A stretch of DNA of 64,000 nt. It comes from Antedon mediterranea (lineage: Eukaryota > Animalia > Echinodermata). The notes below the pieces were generated by a model. The model was not told where the DNA came from and did no database searches. It saw only the letters and a list, made by a program, of their open reading frames with translations. The position numbers and the translations under genes were made by a program. This document shows positions 49,963 through 61,900 of the stretch, piece after piece (the first letter of the stretch is position 1; each line of letters begins with the position of its first letter). The DNA lies in NCBI RefSeq assembly GCF_964355755.1, contig NC_092676.1, positions 30,026,871-30,090,870 on the forward strand. Reading direction: 5' to 3'.

Positions 49963-52900
49963 TCTAAGTTTTTATATGGCGCCCTTTTTTAGCATTATTA
50001 ATTAAAAAGAAAAGTTCAGATAGAGGTACCAAATCCGCTCCTCTTAAATCGACAGGTAGTACTCAAACATTTACAATAATATAATTGTTTTCAATTATCT
50101 GTTTCGGTGCATTTCTATGATTTTATTTCATTTATTTGTTTAAAAAATAATGGAGGTTATAATGAAACACGACAAGTTTGAGCTAAGGTGTACCATGGGT
50201 GTATGAGTTACTGTTTTCTTTGTTAAGACCTTTGTAGAAATGCTATTGGTATGGAAGATGGCTCGATTCCTAATAGCAACATCTTGACGTCCACCAATCA
50301 AGAGGCTGCGCGCTATAGTAGACTTAATCAACAGACGTCAGAAGGTGTATGGAACGTTTCTACCCCTCGTGAATTCGAATGGATTCAAGTCGATCTTGGT
50401 GTTGTTGACATCATAACTGGGGTGATGGTGCAAGGTTGTGGCCACCACAACATGTGGGTGACAAGTTATCAAGTAAACCACAGTAAAGATGGTGTTCACT
50501 TTGAATATGCGATGAACGAAGGCAATGACACCTTAATCAATTTGGTATTTAAACAAAAACTAAATTATTTACTAGTTAAGGTAACAATTAACTGTCAAAA
50601 ACATCTTTGTTCTCTATAAAGTAAAAACATCAAATATTGGAATTATTGTTGTGTTTTAATATTGTAATATAATTGTGGAGACACAACTGCGTCAACGTCT
50701 AACTGTCTACACTATCAAACTAGTTTTACAAAAATAGTGTGATGTGCCCACAACTACGGTAGTAATATGACATCATCATATCCATATATGGGCAGCACAT
50801 CACATTTTGTAGTCACATAAAGTTTGACAGTGAGACCGACCCTTTAGGTAAGTGTTCCTAGGGCGAAGTGAACTGTTATATTTGTCATTTGTATATTTAT
50901 ATATAGGCCCTATAGTATATATTCGTTATTTTTTTCAATTATGTAATATTGTTGAGATTATATAACTACTTTACATTACAATATTTACCACTTTTGACAA
51001 TTTAACATTTTTTGTTTTTAAATTGTTTAAAGTTTAAAGGAAACAACGATAGCGATTCAATTGTGACAAATCTGTTTTATAATTCGATCAAGGCTCGTTT
51101 TATACGCATTGTTGCTGTCAACTGGCAAGCCGCTGTTTGTATTCGATTTGAACCTATTGGATGCAAAAGTACGTCTAAGTTAGACTTGCCCAAAGTCTCT
51201 AGTTATTTCGAGGCTTTTCGATGTTTGTCTGAAATACACAAGTAGTATACGTATGAAACGCCATAAGTGCCAAAATATTTATCTTTTTACTAATAGTAAA
51301 CTCCGTCTGGAAGCCAGACTAGTACTGATCCATTATTTAAACTTGTTTCCACACTAGGCAAATTTAATCCAATGAACGAGAGCGCGTTAGTTTATGTTCA
51401 AATTGCCATATACTTTTTGCGAAGTGTTTAAATCTACCCAAACATTCTCGGATAAGCACTAAACCGTAGGTCCAGTGTACACATCTGGCTCAGGTGCACT
51501 TTAAATAACCTAGTACATCCTTTGAGACGAGTGGTGTTACTCCAGTGTACTAGTACATCACAGCCACAGCCACATACTCATCATACAGTATATATACACT
51601 TGGCCCTCTGGGAGAACAGTCTCTGACTGAAGAGGCTACCCAGTATAAAGAATAAAATAATAATAATATTAATAATATTAACATTTTACTTTTTTAGATA
51701 AAACGTACTGTGTTTATTACTCACCGTGCCAGAATGGAGGCAAGTGCTCAGGTGATAAGTACACGTATAGCTGTGAATGTTTGGATGGATATTTTGGCAA
51801 GAACTGCGAACATGGTAAGAACGTACAGCACGCTACAGAAGCAGATCTTAAGAGTTCGTATATAATAGAAAGGGATATAGAAACAAATATTTATATTTAT
51901 ATATGCTTGTAATATTAAGATTTATCATTTTATGTTTTTATTTTATTTCATCATCAGCCTACAGTAACCATACGTCACCATTAACAGGGTTGAAAGACAT
52001 AACATATAATATACATGCAAAAATCAACAAAAAAACAAGAAAACATTTAGATATTACTGACAAAACCTTATGACGGAAATAAGCAAGCGAATCCAAAAAA
52101 AATATCAACAGAACCATCAACTTTACACAGTGTGTGGTATGCACGGCGCTCTGGTCTTTTCTTCTTTTTTTTTCAAAGGACGCCTTATAAATACCATATT
52201 ATTATTATTATTATGTTATCTTGCGTACTCATCTTTCTATTAATAGTTCTTTGTATTTAGTCAAACAGAATTACCTCGCAATAACAGCAGTGGCTGGGAA
52301 AATGTACTATACAGCTACAAAGATAGCCAACAACTCGGCTGCAATGCAGTTGTGTGACACTCTATATGATGCGCATTTGCCTGTGTTTAAAACAAAAGAA
52401 GAAAGCGAACGTATAAAGGATATTCCACATGATTTATACGAATGGACTTGGTTGGCTTTGAACGATCGTGTTACCAATCGTGATTATTTCTGGACGACAT
52501 ATACCGATAACTACCCACTAACGTATGATGGTAATGCTTTTATAGACATTTTTTTTTCATTGATATAATGATGTCAAAATAAAAACAAAAGCTTGAGGTA
52601 CAGCCTCCTGATCTTAATGATTATTGTTATTATCGCATCGCATATAGCCATCATGCTCAAAGAAGGTCCGCACTTCTGTTCATCGGGGCTGTCAGTCGAT
52701 TTGTATATATTTGCGTATATCTCTATACCAATTCATGCTTTCAATTGACACAAATTACAATCCGTCGCGCATTTAACCGAATTTCAATATTCATCAAAAC
52801 CACTAACTAGTTCATAAGAAGCTTTATTCACGAATTAACATAAATGCATTACACCAAGTGCACCTGATAAACTGAATTGCGGAATGTGTGCACACAAAAA

Positions 52901-55900
52901 GCTGCCCATCAAACAGTAATAATGGGAAATGCAAGATGTAATCTTACGGATAGAATTGGCTTTTCATTATTTCTGAAGCTCGGTTCCCGCTATGACGCAA
53001 CGTAAGTACGTAGACGCAAAGCAAGCCTGTTGACCAATGACAAGCAACTGTTCGAATAATCCATCGCTTGTCATTGGTCAAATCACTTACGTTGCGTTAC
53101 GTCGTTGCGTTGCGTCTCTAGTGGGAACCAAGCTTAAGCCTCGCTTTTTGGTTTTGACATTCCGATGTTCATGCTAACACCAATCAGTGCAAACTACTGG
53201 ATTAAACATACGTTATGACAATTTAGAGTCACCATAACTTAAGTATGGCGGGCCAGACTGTCATTTAATCATTAACAAGATATCTTAGTTTTAAATAGAG
53301 ATATCTTTATTAAAAACTAAGATATCTTATTTTTAAATGAGATATTTTCGTTATAGATACTAAGCATTAAGTCTAGTTAGTGCGATTAACATTGAGTCTT
53401 TATGTCGTTGACACAATGTTGACCGTCTTCGTCGATATTTCTATTGCTACTCGTTTTGATTATTTCTGCTATACCTACTATCTTTTTAGCGTGGGAAGTG
53501 GGTGAGCCAAATGATTATGGAAATGGCGAAGAATGTTGCTTTGCTTTGCCGACAGCCACATTCGTTGATGTTCCATGTAACTGGAATTTGAGTATCGTTT
53601 GTGAAAAAGGTAAAGCGTAATAGTATTATTGTTTTGATCTGTAAGGCTCTGTCTATACTATCAAATAAGTTTGAAAAAAAAAGGTGTGATTTGCCAAAAT
53701 ATGGTGGTTATATGCCCAACTATGGTAGTGATCATCATGTCCATGTATGGGCACATCACATTTTTTTGTCAAATGAAGTTTGATACGGTAGACAGAACAG
53801 ATGTGAATCAAATCGTATTAATGTTCATGATGTAGTCTGTAAGGCGTGGTTGTCACTGGAGACACAACGCAAGGACGTACGCGCAACGCAAGCAAGTTGA
53901 CCAATGACAAGCCACTGTTCGAATAATCCATCGCTTATGATTGGTCAAATCACTTACGTTGCGCTACGTCCTTGCGTTGCGTCGCTAGTAGGGACCAAGC
54001 TCACAATCAATACTATATAGGTGGTCATTGTAAATAATCACTGTATACTGTTAGGAGTGTAGGTTGGTTTAGGCGGAGTAGAAGTAGTATCACTTTGAGA
54101 ACTAGCATTAGGCTGGACTTTGTTTCCAGAAGACATGACTGACTGTGACTGGGGCTTTTGAATGAATGCTTGTTTATGTGTTAAGGCATAGTCATCAGCC
54201 AGTCGAGCAGCTTGACTTAAGGTCTCAGCTTTTTGCTCATCTAGATAAGTCCTCACATCAGGAGTAATACATGATTTAAACTCTTCTATCAAAATTAGTT
54301 GTCTAAGCCTATCATAATCTTTATTTGTTTGCTTAGATGCACACCAACGATCAAATAACCGTTCTTTGGTTTGTGCTAATTCAAGGTGTGTTTGGTTAGT
54401 TTGCCGTTGTTTATTTCGGAATTGTTGCCTATAGGCCTCTGGGACTAATTCATACCCCTTTAAGATGAGTTCTTTAACTACATCATATGATGAACTTTGC
54501 TCAATTGATAAATCAGTATAAATTTCTCTAGCTTTACCAGTTAGTACACTTTGTAAAAGCAAGGTCCAGTGTTCTTTAGGCCATTTAAGATTTTCGGCAA
54601 TTTTCTCGAAATGTAAAAAGAATTTATCTACTTCCTTCTCCTGAAAAGGTGGCACTAGTCTAATATGTTTAGTTACATCAAATTTTGGATTGGAAGTAGG
54701 TTGACTAATTCCACTAGCTAGCTCTAATTCGCGTAATTTTAATTTAAAATCTCTTTCCTCTCTTTCAAATTCCAATTCCATTCTTCGAATTTCAATTTCT
54801 TTCATATTTTGTAATTCAATTTCTCTTAATTTAGCATCAATGCTTGAATCAACTTGGGAAGACATAACACTACTATCAAAAATGTCTTCCTCAACCAAAT
54901 AAGTTAATAAACGACTCTTAATATCATTCTTTCGCATAGAGGATTCAACGTCCTTTAGACCTAGGTGCGTAGCTAGTTTAAGCAAATCATCTTTTTTCAA
55001 ACTATTAAATACCTCTTGGGTAGGGTCGGCAAAAAATGTTTCTGGTTCAAAGACCATTGTAACAGTTACTAATTTCACAAACAAATGTTTGAAAATAAAA
55101 CAAATTTAACTAGGTATAAAACTATAAACCTATCGATTTAAGTTAGAGTTAAATTTAAAGTTTTTCCCGGATGACCCCCCACTTTCTGTTACATGCAAGG
55201 CACAAACAGAAGATAGGCAATACAATGGATAAGTTTTATACTCTAAACTACGTTTTATTCTTCAAACAGAAAAGCAAAAGATAACAAAATCAATTAAAAT
55301 GATTATAAAGATAAAGATTAATTAACAATATAAAATAATTATCAAAGTATAAGATGGTGGTAACTATGATCTTAATGCTGAGAGTTGTTTGAGACTTCAA
55401 CATTCTGAGGTCCTTGCTAATTTGGATGCTAAGTTTGTTCATTTAACAGATGCTGAAAGGATAGAACTAACAAAATTGGTGCTTGGACATAACAGTTCAT
55501 TTCCTGATGTACCTGTACAAATCAATAATGATGATGATGCTAAGCTGCTTAAAGAACATCCTTATCATCTTAAAATAATACAGCAGAACTATCTAAAACA
55601 AGAGATGTATATGCTCCAAACCGATATTATAGAACCAAGTTTTAGTCAGTGGAGTTCACCATGTGTGCTGGTTTTAAAGCCTGATGGTTCTTACCGATTA
55701 TGTACAGACTTTCGAAAGGTCAATGTAGTTCCAAAGGCGGATTCATACCCATTGACACGCATTAATGATTGTCTCTACAAATTGGGCAAATTTGATCTAC
55801 TCAAAGGATATTGGCAAGTTTCTCTCATCGAACGTGTGAAGGAGATATCAGCCTTTGTCACCAATGACGGACTCTACCAATACAAGCGAATGCCGTTGGG

Positions 55901-58900
55901 AATGCGGAATGCACCAGCCACGTTTCAACGCCTCCTGAATAGTGTGATTGCAGACATCAATGGCTGCGAGGGCTACATAGATGATGTTATTGTCTACAGT
56001 GATACTTAGCAAGATCATGTTGAGAACATTTTTCAAGGAGCTTTAAAAAATAAACAATTAACAAAATGTGAATTCAGCAGAGGAACTGTGAACTTGATAT
56101 TATAATGTTGTACACAGGTGTTTTTAAAGAATAAAATATTGTTCTGTGATTTTATATACAATTATTACATTTTACTGTAATGTATATAAAAAGTTTGTAT
56201 GCAAACTTTTCTTTAAGGAGGGGTGTGTTAGGAGATACATTTATACTATTATATTATTATCACTTTACCATAGTATTGTACTGTATATATTATATTGGTT
56301 GTAGACTAGACCAAAGTTCAGTAACCAGGTTGTTAGTAATTGTACCTATGAGATTGCTCATAACTCAAGTTGTCAGAGACACTTGTTTGATATTCCATAT
56401 AAGGAAATTGTTACAACAACTTCATACTAAGATGATGATGTCATTTGAATTTCATCTTAAAACCAATTTCATCATCTTTAAGTTATTTGATGAGATCATT
56501 ATGATCACCCCACATATCCTGCATAAGAATATAAATAGTGGTACATTAACCATATTTAATCAGTCCTAATACGAATACTGACATAGCTAAACTAAATGCT
56601 GTTAAAGTCTATTGAAGTATCTAGAAGTCTGTTTGACTGTTTTGAACAACTGAAGTAAAGCTTTATATTAGCCTTGGGCTCAGCTATATTTGTAAGTCTT
56701 GAATTTCTTTATGTATTTTGATTGTGTGTTACCACCATCTTATACTTTGATAATTATTTTATATTGTTAATTAATCTTTATCTTTATAATCATTTTAATT
56801 GATTTTGTTATCTTTTGCTTTTCTGTTTGAAGAATAAAACGTAGTTTAGAGTATAAAACTTATCCATTGTATTGCCTATCTTCTGTTTGTGCCTTGCATG
56901 TAACAATACCGATATATCTTATTACATTTGTAATACGGGATCCATAATTCAGTACTACTACAATGTTTTGTTTGTTTTTTTTAGTTGGAAACCTTCCATT
57001 CAGCGATAAGCTGTATTACATCCTACCAGACATTGTACCGTTATCCAACGCTTCTGCACTGTGTAAAGATCTTGACGCCGATCTTCCAGTTATTAAGACA
57101 CAACAGGAAAATGAGGCGTTTCGTTCGATTGGACTTTCGTTTTGGTTGGCGTTAAACGATAACGATACAGAAGAGGAGTTTGTGTGGTCAACACGTATAG
57201 ATGGAGATCAACAATTACGTAAGCGTTGGTTTTGATTACTTAACGCAACGCAAAGTGATTCGATCAATCTCAAACGATGGATTATTCGAACAGTCGCGTG
57301 TGATTGGTCAGCTCGTTTTGCGTTGCGTCTACGTCCTTGTGTTACGTCCTAGTGGGAACCAAGCTTTAGGCGCAATGCAAGAACGTAGGCGCAACGCAAG
57401 CGAATTGACCAATCACAAGCGAAATTATGTTCACGTCACCGTCCTGCGCGTCCTAGTGAGAACCAAGGAAGAGTTAAACTCTCTTACCTGGTGGGAACCA
57501 AGTTTTAGAAGACACAGTTTTTCGTGCGTGTAATGGTTTTTTCCATGAGATTTTTTTTTATGCTTAAGTGCTGTTCGTATTGCTAGACCGTGTGTATAGG
57601 CTTTGGACATAGAGTAGCCTAACTTGATAATTTAGAATTAAAGAAATGATTATTCTTTATTCAGTGGGATGGAACTTGCTACCAGTTTCCGGTAATGGTA
57701 TAGATAGAGACTGTACGGCGTATGTTGATGGACACTGGGAAATTGTCAATTGTGATGAACAATATACGGTATTTTGTGAAAAGGGTGAGTTAAAGTTTTA
57801 GTACTATGCCAACAAATGACTGTAAACAAGAAAGGCCAATGCAGACAGCGTCGTACGACGACGAGGATTAAAGATGTTTAAAGTTCTCCGAACGACCTAA
57901 AAACTACGCCCGACGCTATCTGAAGACGACTCGTCTCGTCGGAATTCAACTCAGACAGCACCGACGAGTCTAGTCAAAACGTTTCTTTCGTACCTCGTCG
58001 CATGACGCTGTCTGAGATGCCTTAATACGATAACTTCAAAACATCTTTGTTTTATTGAGGTACATGCACTCTAGGCTATAAATACTCTTTTGAATCAAAA
58101 GTCAAATAGTAGTTTCCCGTAAAGGCCAATTTACACAGACGAGCGGTAACGGTAAGCGGAAATCCGCGTAGCTTGTCCCACGTAGAATCTGTATCTATCC
58201 TGAGCGGAAACCGCCCGTCCGCTCTGCGTTGTGTGTAAATGGTCATAAGGAATAACATAGATTTTGTATTTGTGACGTTACCGCTAAATTGGCCTGTACA
58301 TTTCTCTTGATGTTTCGAATACACCGTATCTTAATTTTTTTACTTTCTTTATATTGTTAATACAAATATTTTATCTTACGTCATTTGAACACCAGCGGTC
58401 TGTCGTAGTTTCCTTGGGATGGAAGATAGCACGATACCGGATGAAAATATCTTGGTATCTAGTAACCCTGAACAAGCCATTCATAGTAGGCTACACAAAA
58501 GCGATGTAGGTTGGCGTGGTGCCAACTCTTCTTCGCAGGAGTGGATTCAAGCTGATCTTGGCGCTGAGAAACTTGTCACCGGGACGATTCTACAAGGTTG
58601 TGACAACATGGAGTGGGTGACCAGTTACCATGTCAACCACAGTTCAGATGGTGTTCACTTTGAATATGCGATGAACGAACGAAATGCAAAACTAAGTATT
58701 CTGGTAAAATCTTATGTAGATGATATGTGATATTATATAACACCTATATAAATTCCTGTCATTTGATTGGACGAATGTGGGTCACATGGCGTGCAATAGT
58801 ACGCACTATTCAACGATCGTTAAATAGTACTTTTTGAAACATTTTTGTGTACGAAAAAAAACCGTCTAGATGTTATATAAAACAAATAATAAATGTTTTG

Positions 58901-61900
58901 TATTCGTGTAATGGTACAAATAATGGCACTTGGTGAATGATGAAAGGTTATATCAACTCGGCTTTGCCTCGTTGATATAACCTTTCATCATTCACCTCGT
59001 GCCATTATTTGTACCATTGCACTCATAAACATTCATTATTTGTATACTAATGTATTATTGTTTTATGCATCTATTAAAAAAAAAGTAGGCCTTGCGCGTG
59101 GTTCCCACTAGAGACGCGTCACAACGATGTACGCGCAACGCAACAGAGTTGACCAATGACAAGCCACTGTTCGAATAATCCATCGCTTGTGATTGGTCAA
59201 ATCAATTACGTTGCGTTACGTCCTCGCGTTGCGTCGGTAGTGGAAAAATGAAATGCGAGCAACGTGAATACTGTAGTTTAATGCTGATTTTGATTATTGA
59301 ACTCTTAATCAAATTGACCCATTGTGGTTTCCTGTTGGGTGAGAAAAAGCAATGAAAAAAATAGATTAATAAATACTGTAATATTTTACGGTTTAAATTG
59401 TTTAAAGTTTGATGGAAATGTTGATCGTAACACGCCGGTGACGAATCTGTTTTATTACTCGGTCGTTGCTCGTTTTATACGTATAATTGCTGTGGACTGG
59501 CAGACTCAAGTCTGTATTCGATTTGAACTTATTGGATGCAAAGGTAAGTTGTTATAATAATCAAAATAATGACTGTGTATCTAATTGCGAAGAAGAATAT
59601 TAAAAAATCCTGGATCATAGTAATTTAATTACTTAAACGTAATACGGTACGTTAATTTATTTTATAAATATATTTGCTTTGCTAATACAATATTAGAAAT
59701 GGATTACTGTAGTTACTACTCGCCTTGTGAAAATGGTGCTGAGTGTGTTAATATGGAAAACACTTACAACTGTACCTGTCTGGATGGCAATTATGGGAGA
59801 AATTGTGAAATTGGTAAAAACAATCTTATTTGCATGTGCCAATTAAACTATTATTAAAAACCAACAAAAAAAAAAATAGAATTTAAATAGAAATCGACTT
59901 TTTGTTGTGCGTTATAAAGTAATATTGTGCTTTCATTTATTTTGTTTTGGTAGTTGAGTCTACGACCACGTCTTTGACCACAGGTCAGTCTACGACCACG
60001 TATTTGACCACAGGTCAGTCTATGACCACGTCTTTGACCACAGGTCAGTCAACGACCACGTCTTTGAACACAGGTGAGTCTATGACCACGTCTTTGACCA
60101 CAGGTCAGTCTACGACCACGTCTTTGATCACAGGTCAGTCTACGACCACGTCTTTGACCACACGATTCTAAGAAGTGTACAGCCTTTGAGTTTTTCCTTT
60201 GTGTGTACAAACCCAATTAGGAAAACCCCAATTTTCAGTGGAAAGATTTTAATTGATAACCTTTTAATAATTTTGTAGTATCATAACAATTACCACACCA
60301 AACATTATTTTATTATAGGCCCATTTTCTTTGAATATTACTATACAACTTTCTTTTATATTTTAGATGAACTAGAAGATCGTTCTACGTTATCGGTACGA
60401 ATACCCTACATAATATTATTATAATATCGGGTGCTGTATATTGAGCTGGGGTCCCATTAGGCATTTGAAATCAGCACTTCTGACTCTTATGGCAGCCCCT
60501 GCATCTAGTAGTAGTATCTGCCTCAGACGTATTGGCCCATGCCTTTCCTCTAGTCAAGATGTGCACTGGACGAGAGAAGCCCTTGATCAATATTGGGACC
60601 AACCAAGGTGCTTTAAACAGTACATCCATCATTCAGATAAATGTAAAACTAATTAGCATTGTCATTCGTGACCGACGTCGGCCATACACACACTGTAATG
60701 CCAATGTCATATTCTTTGTTTATAGTGGTCTACTAGTGACTACACTTTCGTGTACATACCAAACGAGGTAGTTAGGATGTTTTCTGCGAAGGCAGCCCAA
60801 TTACAAAGTCTTCACAGTTTGGATCAAATGCTGGTGCAAGTGAAACACAACGCAACATACGAAAATATCTTCAATTTTGTGAAAGTATGATATTTAAACA
60901 ATTATATTAAGAAAACAATATAATAGTATAACAAAATAGAAAACAAATATTGTTAATTTTTATCTCCCAAATATCTATTGGACACTATAGGAAACAATTT
61001 TTTACTCGTTATCCGGAAATAGATATCTGTCTTTTCGTAATATTTTGCCAAATGCTAAATAAATAGATGTTTGTCCAATGAAGAACACGCAATTACATTA
61101 GGCCTATATTTAGATTTGGTGTGTTTGTAAACTCTCGAAATGACTTTCGTTTTTTACTTTAGAGTAAGGTCTCTACGAATGCTTTATCATTATTCAATTA
61201 TAAACTAACAGATATTAACTTGATTATAATGTTTCATTATGTTCTTATATTTCTATTATTTGATTTTTATAGAATGTTTTGACTGTTACGTCGACGTTTT
61301 TGCCATCTATCAAGGTAAGCATTAACCTGTGCAGTGGCACACTTAAGCTCTGTCTACACTATCAAACTAGTTTGACAATAAAAAGTGTGATGTGCCCAAA
61401 TATGGTAGTGATATGCCCAAATATGGTAGTGATATGACATCATCATGTCCATACATGGGCACATCACATTTTGTTGTCACATAAAGTTTGATAGTGTAGA
61501 CAGATCTTAACATTACATATTTCGTGAGTGATTGTTTTGATTGTATTGTGGGTTTTCTAATTGAATGGTTGCATTATATTACAACCCTTAATTCATTATT
61601 ACAAAATCTGTAAATTGTCTACAGTCTGCAAAGTTAATTTCTGATTTGTGCCATGTCTAAAGCTCTGTCTACACTATCAAACTTTATGTAACAAACAAGT
61701 ATGATGTGCCCATATGGACATGATGATGTCGAATCACTACTATACTTGGACATTTCTACTGATGTAATTCCGTGTCCGTGTTTTTTTGTTTGTTTTCTTT
61801 TAGAAAGAAGACGATAAGTTTAAAATAGTTTCAATGAATGAGGTTTTATATAAAATCGCAGCTTCGCTTTTGCCTGAAGATGATATAATTGAGATCGACT

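Larger units (their letters stand above)
54030..56905. mobile_element. rearranged Gypsy LTR retrotransposon (inverted gag+PBS+partial LTR, RT fragment, full 3' LTR)
   Basis: gag on minus, RT on plus; PPT aaggaggggtg then a TG...CA LTR at 56226-56905; inverted 178-bp LTR copy at 55187-55364. Confidence 0.85.
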
